A program made the translations under genes and the position numbers. From NCBI GenBank assembly GCA_027317865.1, contig DAHVQG010000001.1:224001-288000 (forward strand): a stretch of DNA of 64,000 nucleotides, read 5' to 3'. The notes beneath the pieces are model-generated. The model saw only the letters and a list, made by a program, of their open reading frames with translations. It was not told where the DNA came from and ran no database searches. Positions 29,614-40,713 of the stretch are shown in pieces; positions within the stretch are counted from its first letter, which is position 1; each line of letters opens with the position of its first letter. This stretch comes from Bdellovibrionales bacterium (lineage in GTDB: Bacteria; Bdellovibrionota; Bdellovibrionia; Bdellovibrionales; UBA1609).

Positions 29614-30060
29614 TTAATGAATTGCAATTTGTTTAGCTTTAGAAACCTCTGTTTTCGGCATTGTTAGTGTCAAGACGCCGCTTTCATACTTAGCGTCCAC
29701 CTTCTTTTCATCGATTGACGACGGCAGCGTAAAGCTTCTTTGATACGAACCGTAGCTGATTTCCGAATACCGGCTTTTGCCTTCAGCGCTTTTTTTCTCC
29801 TCGTGCCGCTCCGCTGAGACTGTTAAAACATTGCCATCGACATCTACTTTTATGTCGTCCTTTTTGACTCCCGGCAGATCAAACTTCATTATATAGTTCG
29901 ATTTGTCCTCATTTAATTCGCACGATGGGGAAAAGCCCGACGTTGCCCATTGTGGCTGAGCGATGTCCAAATCTTCGAAAAAGCGGTCCAGGTCGCCTTG
30001 TAATCTCGACAACATTCTTACCGGCTCATTTCTACTCTGCCATAGTGACGGTAATCGCAT
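29614..30060 (-). CDS. Hsp20/alpha-crystallin small heat shock protein
   Basis: DLPGVKKDDI, YGSYQRSFTLP, GVLTLTMPK; AAGGAGG RBS. Confidence 0.95.
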   Translation of the reverse strand: MRLPSLWQSRNEPVRMLSRLQGDLDRFFEDLDIAQPQWATSGFSPSCELNEDKSNYIMKFDLPGVKKDDIKVDVDGNVLTVSAERHEEKKSAEGKSRYSEISYGSYQRSFTLPSSIDEKKVDAKYESGVLTLTMPKTEVSKAKQIAIH

Positions 30061-30098
30061 AATTTACCTCCTTGCATAGATTGTTCATATTTATAGAA

Positions 30099-30114
30099 AG
30101 CAAATCTGATACCA
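30099..30114 (-). promoter_or_regulatory. Putative sigma54 promoter of hsp20-BON
   Basis: TGGTATCAGATTTGCT (GG-N10-GC) about 40 bp upstream of the ATG. Confidence 0.6.
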
Positions 30115-30320
30115 ACGCCATGCATATGAAGATGCGTTTTACGGTTATGAAAAGTCTGCCGCGATTTTAAATGTTCCGCCAAGTGTGATTAAATTATTGA
30201 TACAGCTCGTGTTTGCGTTCTAGACAAATTGACGCAATTTTCGAATGTCATCTAAATAATCTAAATAATTTATACGGAACAGTTGTTACACACGACAGTG
30301 GAACAAAGAAGGTAAGTACC

Positions 30321-31091
30321 ATGGCGCAAAAAATAAAAATTAAAGAAAAAACAGCTTTCGTTACGGGTGCTGCATCTGGAATCGGCCGGGCAACGGCATT
30401 GGCATTTGCTCAACGTGGTGAAAATGTTGCGGTCATTGACACTCAAATAAATGAAGGCGAGAAAACGGTCGAGCTTATAAAAAAAGCAGAAGGTTCGGCG
30501 ATTTTTATTAAATGCGATGTTTCAAAACCGGATCAAATTCGAAGCGCTGTCAGTGATACCGTTAAACAGTTCGGTAGAATCGACTACGCGTTCAATAATG
30601 CGGGAGTCGAAGGGGTTGAGGCCAGAACGGCCGAGTGTTCTCTCGAAAATTGGGATTACACTCTTAACATAAATCTGCGCGGCGTGTGGCTTTGTATGAA
30701 ATATGAAATACCGCAAATGTTGAAACAAGAAAGCGGCGGGCTTATTGTTAATTGCTCCTCGATTGCCGGGTTAGTTGGCTTTGAAAAACTTCCGGCTTAT
30801 GTCGCAAGCAAGCACGGCGTAATCGGGTTAACCAAAACGGCGGCATTGGAGTATGCGAAATCGAAATTGCGCATCAACGCTGTTTGCCCGGGTGTCATCG
30901 ACACGCCTATGGTTGAACGTCTTACCCGCGGCGAAGCGCAAGAGGCCTATTCGCTAACTAAAAGTGAGCCGATTGGGAGAATGGGCAAGCCAGAAGAAAT
31001 CGCTTCGGCGGTTTTGTGGTTGTGTTCGGAGAACGCTTCTTTTGTGACCGGTCACTCGCTTATTGTCGATGGCGGCTGGACGGCGCAGTAA
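30321..31091 (+). CDS. SDR family oxidoreductase
   Basis: TGAASGIG, NNAG, YVASK, NAVCPG. Confidence 0.95.
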   Translation: MAQKIKIKEKTAFVTGAASGIGRATALAFAQRGENVAVIDTQINEGEKTVELIKKAEGSAIFIKCDVSKPDQIRSAVSDTVKQFGRIDYAFNNAGVEGVEARTAECSLENWDYTLNINLRGVWLCMKYEIPQMLKQESGGLIVNCSSIAGLVGFEKLPAYVASKHGVIGLTKTAALEYAKSKLRINAVCPGVIDTPMVERLTRGEAQEAYSLTKSEPIGRMGKPEEIASAVLWLCSENASFVTGHSLIVDGGWTAQ

Positions 31092-34000
31092 TTATGTTCG
31101 AATCTGCAAGTTCTTGTTGAAGCTCATGAACTTCGCCGGTCAATTTTGAATCTTTTGCCGCTTCTTGCAGCAGACTGTAGGCTGTCCATGGGTCGCGCCA
31201 TACAATTCGGAGATAAGCGAGAGCTAATGCTTTTTGATGAGGATTGGGCAATTGATCGGCCCAATATTCTGCAGTACCCCACGCTCCGATTTTGGCAAAG
31301 GCCTCAGTTCGTTTCAATACATTAAGTGACTGCGCGGAACTTAATTGCGTATTTATTTCAGGCGGCAATCGGCGATCAATTTGTTGAATTTGGCGAGTCG
31401 TAACCGCGCTGATGGAGGGGCAGATCTTGTGAAAACACGTCGTGACGGAATAGTCGAGCGGCTCATAGGCCGCGATTTCTTTAGTTTTGTTTTTACACGT
31501 GCGAACCTCTCTGGCCTCGACCGTCTCTAGCTGATTCACTTTTTCTTGAAGACGGGTTGCAAATCCGTTCCATTCCGCAATTTTCAGAGGATGCAATTTT
31601 AACGTCGAGAGTTGAACAATTGCCCGTTTAGTAATTGCCGGAGCCTTACAGAGCCCCGCTACTGTAATTTGCGGCGAATCTTTGATAAACAATGCAGTCA
31701 GTTGCGTTTTAGCCTGGGCCATAGATTTTAAAATTTCTGCGACTTTTTTTAACCGATCGGTCAGCTCGGCGAGTGGCTTTACGGCTTCTTTAGTTTTGTT
31801 TTTTTGGGATACATTTTGCGGTGTTCGTTGAATCGAAGTTGTGGTGACGGCTGCGACAAGGTCATTGAGTTTTTGCCACTTTAACCGTGACCAGATCCCT
31901 TCAAGCGATGGTTTTGTTTTGATCCGGTCGAGGTGGCTTTGAATCCACCCAAATACCGGAGCGGATTTTAAATTATTCTCGCGCGCCGCAGTTACATAAA
32001 GATCCCGAACAAAAAGCCACGTGTCGGCGGGAGCTTTTTCGCCATGAAGTTTAGATCGGCTGAGAAGCGGAGATAGAGCCTTCCAACTTTTTTGTTCATT
32101 GCCCAGCCAAAAATAAATTTTAGCGAGCAAGAGCTGTTGTTGCGTTGTTGGGTGGGGGCTGAGTGACTTCCATTTTCTCAACTCAGAAGCAAAGTTTTTT
32201 TGATCGTAATAAGCGCCAAATCCAGTGAGGGCTTGCCAGCGCAGAATTTTTGCCTGATCGGAATCCAGATAACCGGCCGCGTGCGAAAGAGCTTTGAAAC
32301 TTGCGTCCATTTGCAAGCGATTGCGAAAAAAAGCGGCCGCGAATTCGTAAGTTTCAGCGCAAAGAGCCTTTTCGCTATAACTTAATTTTGTGGCATCAAA
32401 ATCTTGCTGAACAAACTTCTTGTAATCGGAAACAAAATTGGTAGCTTTTTTCGCGGCTTTGTATGTCAGAAGCAAATTATGCCAAGATTTTATGATGACA
32501 CTTTGGTGGACACCAACGCGAACAGCCGTACGGTACCATTTGCGCGCCATTTTAATGGATTTTTTATTATCTTGAAATGCGACTTGAAAAGCACTTTCGC
32601 CGCGAAAATCTCTGAGCAGCTTGTCATGAGCTGCATTTTTGTTCGGAAGCTTTAAAAGAGTTTCTGCCAAATCAAACGCCTGTTGCCAGCGGTTCGCATT
32701 GTACAATTCGTCGTTTAAATAAAGATAGTTCTGCCACTCGCGTTGGTCGGCCGGGTTTTGGGTGATAACCGTTTTGATGCGCGCAACCGCGGCGCTATAT
32801 TGTTTCAAATTCAATAGACCCTCTAAATAAAGATGGTCACAACTTGCGATTTCATGACTATGGCCAAAGTGATCAATATACCATTTTGACCATTTCACGA
32901 TTGTTTGCTGAATGCTGGGAGTCGGCGGACCTGTTACGCCGTCGTGAGACTCCATCGTATTGAGGATGCGCAAAATTGTAAGAGCGGCATCGTTTGCATT
33001 TTCGTAATTAGAGATCAAAGCCGCTTTTGCATACCACTTGAGCGCCTCTTTGGTATTGCCCATTTGCTGTTTTCTTTGCGCCCCAAAATACCAGAAATTG
33101 CCCGATTGCAAGTTTGGAAAATGTTGCGACATTGACGAATACAGAGCGTCGGTCGCGGCCCAAATAGTTGGATCCCCGGTTTTATTACCTTCTTGATGAA
33201 TCGTAAGCTGAATGTTCACGGCTATTTTTAAAAAGCCAGACGGTACAGGTAAACTGGGCTTAATGAATTCATTCAGTGATTTTGCAAGAGCCCGACTTTG
33301 ACCGGCCGCCAGTTCGGTTTCTAAAAGTGTTCCCAACCACGTGTAATAATGTTTGTCGCGTGGATAGGTTTTTAATAGCGTCTTGTAGACTAGAATGCTG
33401 TCGTTAAATTTGCCGGCTTTTCGATAATCAGACGCGACGTCGGTTTGAACAGACATCAGCTTTGCATGGTTAAATCTGAAAATCTGCAGTTCGTGAAGTG
33501 AGGCTTGAGCCGGTAGAAGTTCTGTTAACATAAAAATCATATCGTGTAACGATTCCGCCTGCAGACCAGCCACGTCTTTTACCATTGGATTTTTTTGATA
33601 ATAGAGAACAAGGCGCTCAAGTTGGCGAAGCGCTTTAAACTTCTCTTTCAAATTGTAAAACGCCCATGCGGCTTTATATATTCCGTAGCCAGCTTTTTCG
33701 ACGTCGCCGGTTTGGGCCAAAAGACGGTATGCATTGATCGCCTGATGAAATTCTTGATGATTGTAGTAGTAATCGCCGATGAGTTGGTAAATATCAGCTC
33801 GATATTGCGTGCTCGGATAAAAGTGAATGGTAAGCATCAACCGTGGGATTGCGGTTTCGTATTTTTTTTGCTCCCACAGAACGATTGAGGCGAGAAACAT
33901 AGCTTCTTCAGGGAGCAGCGGCCGCTTTAATTGCACTGATTTTTTGAGCCAAGGGGTAAGCCAATGGTTAGCAATGTCGAGTTGCTCGTCGGCCTTTTGA

Positions 34001-34860
34001 GCATAATTAACCGGGTCTTTGATTTGATAGACATTTGCCAAATGCCATTCCACATCAGCCATGAAGTAAGCTAGGTTAGCGTCGCGATCATTGGGCGTGA
34101 TTTGATTGATCATGTTGATGACTTCATTAAGTCTTCGTTTCGATTCGTTGAATTTTAGATTGATTTTGGCGACGTAAATTCGAAACAACGACTCGGCCAA
34201 GACGCGCAGACGGGTATCTTCTAACGTCGAATGTGAAAACGTAATCGATTTGGCTTCGCGGATCGCGGTCGCATATCGATGCATGCGTGTGGCAATTACT
34301 GCGCTTTGCAAAATAAATTCTTTACGCAAACGACGTGTCGATGCCGTGTTGCTGTGGGCCGCGATTTGTAATTCGGATTGAGCTTTTGTCAACTGGCCAA
34401 GTTTAATGAGTGCCCAGATTTTTTGTGCGCGAGCTAATTCGATAAACGGCGAAGTTTTGGGGATTGCGTTCAGATACGACAGCGATACGGAGGGTTGATT
34501 TTTTTCATAATACGCGCGCGCAATGATGAGATAGGCGAGGTCGCGCCAAGTCCCGTAACTTTCAACCAGCCGATGCGAACCTTGAAACTGCATTGGCCCC
34601 TGAAATTGCGATTTTTGAAAAAGCGACTTAAGCGTGGCAATCGTTTGCGAATCATCGCGGTTTTGATCCTCTTGAAATGCTTTTAATATTTGAACAATCG
34701 GGTACCGGGCATCAGTCGCGGATACCTTTGCCATCTTATTGACGGTATCTGAGTTCAAATAAGTTTGTATCTGTTGAAGAAAAGACGCTTGTGCGAGACA
34801 CGGGCGCGCAAATACGAAAGTTGATGCAAAAAATAGAATAAATTGCAAAAGCCTGTTCAT
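31060..34860 (-). CDS. Large exported TPR protein (GltD/AgmU-like)
   Basis: Signal peptide, many TPRs (IGDYYYN..AINAY, YKAAWAFYNL), 1266 aa, next to Glt-like genes. Confidence 0.75.
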   Translation of the reverse strand: MNRLLQFILFFASTFVFARPCLAQASFLQQIQTYLNSDTVNKMAKVSATDARYPIVQILKAFQEDQNRDDSQTIATLKSLFQKSQFQGPMQFQGSHRLVESYGTWRDLAYLIIARAYYEKNQPSVSLSYLNAIPKTSPFIELARAQKIWALIKLGQLTKAQSELQIAAHSNTASTRRLRKEFILQSAVIATRMHRYATAIREAKSITFSHSTLEDTRLRVLAESLFRIYVAKINLKFNESKRRLNEVINMINQITPNDRDANLAYFMADVEWHLANVYQIKDPVNYAQKADEQLDIANHWLTPWLKKSVQLKRPLLPEEAMFLASIVLWEQKKYETAIPRLMLTIHFYPSTQYRADIYQLIGDYYYNHQEFHQAINAYRLLAQTGDVEKAGYGIYKAAWAFYNLKEKFKALRQLERLVLYYQKNPMVKDVAGLQAESLHDMIFMLTELLPAQASLHELQIFRFNHAKLMSVQTDVASDYRKAGKFNDSILVYKTLLKTYPRDKHYYTWLGTLLETELAAGQSRALAKSLNEFIKPSLPVPSGFLKIAVNIQLTIHQEGNKTGDPTIWAATDALYSSMSQHFPNLQSGNFWYFGAQRKQQMGNTKEALKWYAKAALISNYENANDAALTILRILNTMESHDGVTGPPTPSIQQTIVKWSKWYIDHFGHSHEIASCDHLYLEGLLNLKQYSAAVARIKTVITQNPADQREWQNYLYLNDELYNANRWQQAFDLAETLLKLPNKNAAHDKLLRDFRGESAFQVAFQDNKKSIKMARKWYRTAVRVGVHQSVIIKSWHNLLLTYKAAKKATNFVSDYKKFVQQDFDATKLSYSEKALCAETYEFAAAFFRNRLQMDASFKALSHAAGYLDSDQAKILRWQALTGFGAYYDQKNFASELRKWKSLSPHPTTQQQLLLAKIYFWLGNEQKSWKALSPLLSRSKLHGEKAPADTWLFVRDLYVTAARENNLKSAPVFGWIQSHLDRIKTKPSLEGIWSRLKWQKLNDLVAAVTTTSIQRTPQNVSQKNKTKEAVKPLAELTDRLKKVAEILKSMAQAKTQLTALFIKDSPQITVAGLCKAPAITKRAIVQLSTLKLHPLKIAEWNGFATRLQEKVNQLETVEAREVRTCKNKTKEIAAYEPLDYSVTTCFHKICPSISAVTTRQIQQIDRRLPPEINTQLSSAQSLNVLKRTEAFAKIGAWGTAEYWADQLPNPHQKALALAYLRIVWRDPWTAYSLLQEAAKDSKLTGEVHELQQELADSNIITAPSSRHRQ

Positions 34861-35522
34861 AGAACCTTTTTTTCGCTTCCGCTTTTGTCGATGGAGCGCA
34901 ACTCCAGCTGATCAATAACGTAATTGGCGATACGGCGGCGTACGTTCGGGTTAAGGCTTAAAAAGTAAAGACCCATCTGGGCACCGCTCGTATGTTCACG
35001 TTCGAAAATGTGAATGATAACGGCGCGGCAAGTGAACGTTCCGATCTTTTCTTCGGACCGCATCGTAACCGAAACCTCGGCGCCTTTTTGAAAAATAAAC
35101 TTTTCGGATTGAACGGAAATGCCGCGTTCACTGATGTCGACCGTCTGGCAGAAGAGAATATCATTCTCGTCGTGAACAATAGCTTCAACTTCGATCGGCG
35201 CACGCGGAAAGCGCCGGTACATATTTTCAATTCCATAGTGACCGGCGCGGTTTGCGAATATTTCGGTATCGGGTTTTATGACCTTTTGGCCGCGACTTAG
35301 ATTTTGCGGTAAAAATGTAATCGGTTTGGGGCGCATCCGAGTATTGAACACATTGATTTCGTACAAACGGTACCAGCGTTTTTCCGCTAAATCGTGCGAC
35401 CAAATAAAATCTTGAAAATCGAGCGTTTGATCGGCGAGTTTCTGTAAAATTTCGTCCGTGCTAAAGGGACCTTCGGCCCGCAAAGTTTGATCGTTTGGCA
35501 AAAACCATTTGGCATCTGACAT
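34857..35522 (-). CDS. GYF_2 + PilZ domain protein
   Basis: WF...EGPFS.....L...IW (GYF_2); RRFPR and DISERG c-di-GMP motifs. Confidence 0.85.
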   Translation of the reverse strand: MSDAKWFLPNDQTLRAEGPFSTDEILQKLADQTLDFQDFIWSHDLAEKRWYRLYEINVFNTRMRPKPITFLPQNLSRGQKVIKPDTEIFANRAGHYGIENMYRRFPRAPIEVEAIVHDENDILFCQTVDISERGISVQSEKFIFQKGAEVSVTMRSEEKIGTFTCRAVIIHIFEREHTSGAQMGLYFLSLNPNVRRRIANYVIDQLELRSIDKSGSEKKVL

Positions 35523-35691
35523 TATATATAGACCCTCGCCATTGCCGTTTCGGAGTCTTACTGTCGCGAGTTAAGAGGTGAGACGTTGCGCGACAAACCT
35601 TTTCAATATCTTTTGCAATTACCTTTTCTGGACTCGAACTCGGCACGCGTTGACCGATTGGTCTCATTGAAATTTTAGCAAAGAGGGGCGT

Positions 35692-37281
35692 ATGTTATTG
35701 CGAACAGTTATCTGTAGCGTTCTGGTGTTTTCGGTTACGGCTTTTGCGCGCGGCAACAGCGCCAGTCCAACGACGGGTCAAGGATTTTACTACGACGCCG
35801 CAACGAACAAGTACTTCACCAATGGTCAGCCCACGTTTTCAATTCAACCTCTTGGTAATGCGAAATATCTAGAGAGTATCGACGTCAGCGTCGATAACGG
35901 TAGTTTTAAACCTTACACGGGCAAGCTCAGCTTTCAAACGCAAGGGTTACATACGATTCGGTTTCGCGCAGTTGATCCGGTTTTAAATTGGAGCCCGGTT
36001 CAAGTCTTTCGGCTGTATGTCGACCTAACTCCGCCAACAAGTAAGATATCGTGGAAGGGTCCGTCGTACTTGCGTGACCACGAACTCTATGTCACCCCCA
36101 AAACGAAAATGACTATAGCGGCTGAAGACAATTTGTCAGGCGCTAAAGTAACGTATATTCAAATCGGAAACAGCCCTAAGCAAATCTATAATGGACCGAT
36201 TTCATTTACTCACGACGGAACTGTTAATGTTAAAGTTTCGTCCGTCGACCGAGTTGGCAACAAAGAGCCGTGGCGAAAAATTACTTTTGTCGTCGATAGT
36301 CAGCCGCCGGTAACAACCGCTAAAATTGAAGGGGTCCACTATAAGTCGGGCTCAACATACTATGTAAATTACGGCAGCCAAATTGCCTTGGCTTCGCATG
36401 ATGGCGGCGTTGGTCTCGACAAAATTGAATATCAGATAAATAAAGGCGGTGTGTTGACGTACACAGGCCCTATTGCCCTCGATCAGAAGTATGTTCACCT
36501 CAAATATCGTGGGGTCGATTATCTCGGTAACACCGAACAATGGAAGACACTGTCTTTAGTTCAAGATTCGCAACCGCCGGTCTTAAACGTCACCGAAATG
36601 GGTAAATATATTCATGTCGGAGGTAAAACGTTTGCAAAGCCAGGTTACGTGATTCATGTAGTGGCTCAAGATCGTGATAGCGGTGTTCAAAGCGTACAGT
36701 ACTCAACAGATAATGTTCATTTTAAGCCGCTGACCGGAAATGAAATTGTCGTCCCGTCGACGGGTAGGTTTACATACAACATTCGTGCCGTTGATAACGT
36801 CGGGAATGTCGCCGAGGCCAACCCAATTACGGTTGTCATGGATAACACACCACCGACAACGAATGCGCAATTTGCAGAAAAGGTAGTGAAAAAGGGGAGT
36901 TTGATTTTAACTTCGCTCCCGAATGAACTTTCATTAGTGAGTTCAGACAGTGGCTCGGGGGTCGATCATGTCGAATATTCGTACGACGGCACGCACTTTA
37001 AATATTTAAAAGGTTCCATCGATCTTGCAACGTGGCGACATTCGCTTCGCACCGTCTATTACCGTGCGGTCGATCGTTTAGGTAACGTTGAACCCACTCA
37101 AAAATTAAATGTGCAGGTGCTTACGCACGGCCCGCGCGTGGGTTTATTTGTTGAATCCGGTAATTCACCACGCGTCCCGTTGTCGGCGATTATCGCGCGT
37201 CAGAATTCGCAGAAACCGAACCGTTACCATCGTCGTGCTCGACGGCATGTCGCCTCGGTGCCTAAAAAGCATGGAGGTTAA
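35692..37281 (+). CDS. Exported Ig-like (OmpL47-type) repeat protein
   Basis: Five ~90-aa repeats each with VD..(G/L)N, joined by D.(T/Q)PP linkers. Confidence 0.8.
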   Translation: MLLRTVICSVLVFSVTAFARGNSASPTTGQGFYYDAATNKYFTNGQPTFSIQPLGNAKYLESIDVSVDNGSFKPYTGKLSFQTQGLHTIRFRAVDPVLNWSPVQVFRLYVDLTPPTSKISWKGPSYLRDHELYVTPKTKMTIAAEDNLSGAKVTYIQIGNSPKQIYNGPISFTHDGTVNVKVSSVDRVGNKEPWRKITFVVDSQPPVTTAKIEGVHYKSGSTYYVNYGSQIALASHDGGVGLDKIEYQINKGGVLTYTGPIALDQKYVHLKYRGVDYLGNTEQWKTLSLVQDSQPPVLNVTEMGKYIHVGGKTFAKPGYVIHVVAQDRDSGVQSVQYSTDNVHFKPLTGNEIVVPSTGRFTYNIRAVDNVGNVAEANPITVVMDNTPPTTNAQFAEKVVKKGSLILTSLPNELSLVSSDSGSGVDHVEYSYDGTHFKYLKGSIDLATWRHSLRTVYYRAVDRLGNVEPTQKLNVQVLTHGPRVGLFVESGNSPRVPLSAIIARQNSQKPNRYHRRARRHVASVPKKHGG

Positions 37282-37283
37282 TC

Positions 37284-37592
37284 ATGTTCAAATGGCCGTT
37301 AAAGCGGCTTGCGATTTTAGCATTAAGTTCCGGGTGGCTGATTGTAACGGCTGCCATTTTTGCGAGTATTTCGGCGCGTGCTAAAAACGTCACGGTAATT
37401 AAAAAGATCGAATACAAAAAGCACACCGAATTGGATTTCACTGGCTCGTCCGTTGAGGGCAAAGCGCATACCCCCGAAGTTTTTTATATTTTTCAAAGCC
37501 GTTGGTCGCAAGGTCCCAATATCGCGCGCGCGCCGAGCTCCATGAATTATGACCGGCCGATTACGCGAAAAGTGTTAGAAGGTGAATTGTGA
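37284..37592 (+). CDS. GltF/CglF-like small exported protein
   Basis: KKHTELDFTGSSVEGK..PEVFYI resembles the CglF motif; position before GltG-like gene. Confidence 0.7.
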   Translation: MFKWPLKRLAILALSSGWLIVTAAIFASISARAKNVTVIKKIEYKKHTELDFTGSSVEGKAHTPEVFYIFQSRWSQGPNIARAPSSMNYDRPITRKVLEGEL

Positions 37593-39328
37593 GCCGTACC
37601 TTTGGCCTTTTTCGCATTGAAAAAAACAAGCAGGATCTCGTCGGCGTTCTTGATGGCCGCGCAATAATTGGTAAAAACGTAAAATCAAACGTAGTTTTAG
37701 ACGACTCGCGGGTGGATGCGTTTCATGCGCTAATTGAAAAAAATGACGACGGCACCTTTACCGTCATTGATTTGGGTAGTTTCTATGGCATTTATAAAAA
37801 CGGCCGGCGTATTGAACAGTCGCGGATCAAGACAAAAGAGCGTTTGGTCATCGGTTCGCACTCGTACTGTTTGGATTTTGTAGATGCCGACCAAAAAAGA
37901 GCTTCGCTTACGGTCGTACCACCTGAAAAAGACGATAGTGAAAAACTAAATCGAAAGGTACGAAGCGCTCCCGAACTTGTAACAAATTTAAATGTGTTAG
38001 AAGTGACGCTTGTTTGGGGCGAAAGGACGCTCGAGGTCCGAACGTTTCGAGAAGGAGCGGTCATTACAATTGGACCGCAACAAGACGCAACATTTACAAT
38101 TGCGCTTCGTGGTGAAAAACTCCAGCGAACACCCGTGCGTCTTGCCCAATATGAAAAAGGTTTCGTCGCGTTTCATTTGCCGGTTGAAGCAAGTGGATTG
38201 ATTTGGCAAGGTGCTGAAACGATTTCGATAGATAATTTACGGCATCAAGACAAATCCAAAACTGAATTTTCGGATTTAAATTTAAAAATCAGAGTAGGCG
38301 ATCGCGCGCATATCGAGTTTGGCGAGCTAAGCCTCAATTTTCGATTTGTTGCGAAAGTTAGACAGGAGATACGCCCGTTTTGGAAGGACCTCGATGCGAC
38401 ATTCGTGAAAATCGGTGTTGCCACTGTCGCTTTCTTTTTACTCGTTGCCGGTCTTTTGTCGATTCACGAGAAGCCGCCAGCCCCGCCGACCCTAGCGCAA
38501 ATTCCTGCGCAGTTGAAGCGCGTGCTATACAACGCAGGAATCGAAAACGCGCTTAGAAAACAGCAAGCGGCAATCGGTCAATTGGCGCAAAATCTCGAAG
38601 GGGGACGAGCCAAAGGCACAGAAGGCAAGGTGAGTGGTCAGTTTGATCGGCGTAAAGTCGTACAGCACAAAGCCGCCTTACGTCATCGTATGAACGCCGT
38701 CGCTCAGAGTGAATCCGCTGCTATACAAAAAGAGTTGAATACCGCGTTTTCAGCCGGCTCAACTACAGAGACGAATCCGACGGCCAAAGCGGTTGTGATG
38801 GAGGGCTCGCCGCACGCGGGTAATGCCGCAGCCGCAATTATTAACGGCGGTTTTGCGCGTGGCACTCAGGGCCTTGGCCCTGGCGGTGGCGGTCAAAGTG
38901 TCGGCATCGGTTCGCTCGAAGGCTATTCGACGGGCGGTGGCTTAGGTGCCGGTGACTTCGGGCTTTCGCCGTCAAAAGGTCGCGCAATACATATCGGTGA
39001 TTTGCAACAAACGGACATCGAAGTTTTGGGTGGACTTGACCCGAGCGTGATAGCAGCCATTATCCGCCGCTATTTGGCGCAAATTCAAAATTGTTACGAG
39101 CAACAACTCACGCTGCACCCGAATCTAAGAGGGAAGGTAACGGTTGCGTTTATTATTGGCCCGAACGGCGGGGTCGAGAAGGCAAATATTTTCGAAAGTA
39201 CTTTAAACAATTTGCCGACAGAGGAATGTATTGTTCACCACGTCGAGGGCTGGAAATTCCCAAGACCAAGGGGTGGCGGGACAGTCGGCGTTAAATATCC
39301 GTTCTTGTTGATGTCGAACGGAAATTAA
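37589..39328 (+). CDS. GltG/PglI-like FHA-TM-TonB-C (AgmX/PglI C-terminal) protein
   Basis: FHA (HALI...DLGS..G), TM, Gly-rich linker, IQNCYE..L..P.L.GKV...FPRPRGG..V.YPF. Confidence 0.85.
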   Translation: MSRTFGLFRIEKNKQDLVGVLDGRAIIGKNVKSNVVLDDSRVDAFHALIEKNDDGTFTVIDLGSFYGIYKNGRRIEQSRIKTKERLVIGSHSYCLDFVDADQKRASLTVVPPEKDDSEKLNRKVRSAPELVTNLNVLEVTLVWGERTLEVRTFREGAVITIGPQQDATFTIALRGEKLQRTPVRLAQYEKGFVAFHLPVEASGLIWQGAETISIDNLRHQDKSKTEFSDLNLKIRVGDRAHIEFGELSLNFRFVAKVRQEIRPFWKDLDATFVKIGVATVAFFLLVAGLLSIHEKPPAPPTLAQIPAQLKRVLYNAGIENALRKQQAAIGQLAQNLEGGRAKGTEGKVSGQFDRRKVVQHKAALRHRMNAVAQSESAAIQKELNTAFSAGSTTETNPTAKAVVMEGSPHAGNAAAAIINGGFARGTQGLGPGGGGQSVGIGSLEGYSTGGGLGAGDFGLSPSKGRAIHIGDLQQTDIEVLGGLDPSVIAAIIRRYLAQIQNCYEQQLTLHPNLRGKVTVAFIIGPNGGVEKANIFESTLNNLPTEECIVHHVEGWKFPRPRGGGTVGVKYPFLLMSNGN

Positions 39329-39339
39329 GGGGAGCCTAT

Positions 39340-40032
39340 ATGAGTCATCTACTTGAACTATTTAAACAGGGCGGATGGGCAATGTATCCGATTGCATGCT
39401 TGCTCGTCGTCAGTACGACTGTCATGCTCGAACGCATTTACAAAATTATATTTATTTATGACGCCAATGGCGCGGATCTCATGCAAAAAGTGCAGCGGCA
39501 CGTTCTCGAGAACAATGTCGAAGAAGCAATCAAAATCTGCAATCAGAAAAAGGATGCAGCGGTTTATCAAATTTTTAAAGCTGCGCTTATGAATGCCAAT
39601 CGTCCTTTTGATGAAATTCAAGATCAAGTTGAAGTGACAAAGCTTGGAATTGTTCCGAAATTGCAAGTGCGACTCCCATATCTCTTTACGATTGCCAATA
39701 CCGCAACACTGATGGGTCTTCTCGGCACCGTACTCGGGCTCATCCGCACTTTTCACGCGATCGGCGCGGTCGAAGGGTCGCAAAAGCAATTGCTCCTCTC
39801 GGCCGGCATTGCCGAGGCTATGAACTGTACGGCGTTTGCGTTGATGGTCGCCGTGCCCACGATGCTCGTTTATGGATTTCTGTACAACCGCATCACCGTT
39901 TTGACCGACAGTCTCGACCATTATTCGGCTCAACTTTTGGTCTTGCTTCGTACGGGTAGTCAATATTTCGATCGGTTTAAATCGGACACGGCGGTGAGTA
40001 CGCAGCAAACGCCTAAGAAAAAATCAGCTTGA
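39340..40032 (+). CDS. MotA/TolQ/ExbB proton channel (AglR-like)
   Basis: GLLGTVLGLI, GIAEAM..TA..L.VAVP. Confidence 0.92.
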   Translation: MSHLLELFKQGGWAMYPIACLLVVSTTVMLERIYKIIFIYDANGADLMQKVQRHVLENNVEEAIKICNQKKDAAVYQIFKAALMNANRPFDEIQDQVEVTKLGIVPKLQVRLPYLFTIANTATLMGLLGTVLGLIRTFHAIGAVEGSQKQLLLSAGIAEAMNCTAFALMVAVPTMLVYGFLYNRITVLTDSLDHYSAQLLVLLRTGSQYFDRFKSDTAVSTQQTPKKKSA

Positions 40033-40067
40033 AACTGCGCTCGACGGCTGAGCGAGAGTAAAAATAT

Positions 40068-40709
40068 ATGGCGCTCAAATACCAACGGATGCGAAAAAGT
40101 CAGTTGCCTAACGGCGAATTGAACATCACTTCGCTAATGGATATTCTCACGACGCTTATATTTTTTATCGTGCTTTTAGCGGGATTTAACAATTTTTTTG
40201 AAATTCCCGCGAATCCGCTTTCAATGGGCCGCAGTACAACAGCGCAGAAGAAAGCGGCTTTTACTCTTGAGGTGACTGTTGAAAAGCCAACCGTACTGAA
40301 AATTTGGTTAGGACCGATCAATGGTCTCAATATTACCAATGGTAGCCGTCTCAGAAATTTTTTGCGGCGAAATTTCAGAGGTAACGACGCCGTTGGGTTC
40401 ACGCGAATTGTTGAAAATCGCAATCCAAAGGTTGCACTACAATCGATGCAAAAGCTTTTGATTCAAATTAAAAAAGGGTTTCCAAACAAATATCGGGCGG
40501 TTGTCGCTTTTGATGGCGGAATATCATATCAAACAATGATTAACGCAATCTCGGCTGTGCGCAGTTATCGTGATAGATCGGCGACTCCAGAACCGGACTT
40601 AGGCACTTCGCGAATGCCGTCGTCGACAACGGCAAATAACCAAATTGCCGAGCAGGGTATTGCATTATTCCCAGAGGTTGTAATTTCGGAGTGGAGCAAA
40701 GGTAAGTAG
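40068..40709 (+). CDS. ExbD/TolR family protein (AglQ-like)
   Basis: LNITSLMDILTTLIFF with conserved Asp; LFPEVV tail. Confidence 0.85.
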   Translation: MALKYQRMRKSQLPNGELNITSLMDILTTLIFFIVLLAGFNNFFEIPANPLSMGRSTTAQKKAAFTLEVTVEKPTVLKIWLGPINGLNITNGSRLRNFLRRNFRGNDAVGFTRIVENRNPKVALQSMQKLLIQIKKGFPNKYRAVVAFDGGISYQTMINAISAVRSYRDRSATPEPDLGTSRMPSSTTANNQIAEQGIALFPEVVISEWSKGK

Positions 40710-40713
40710 AGAT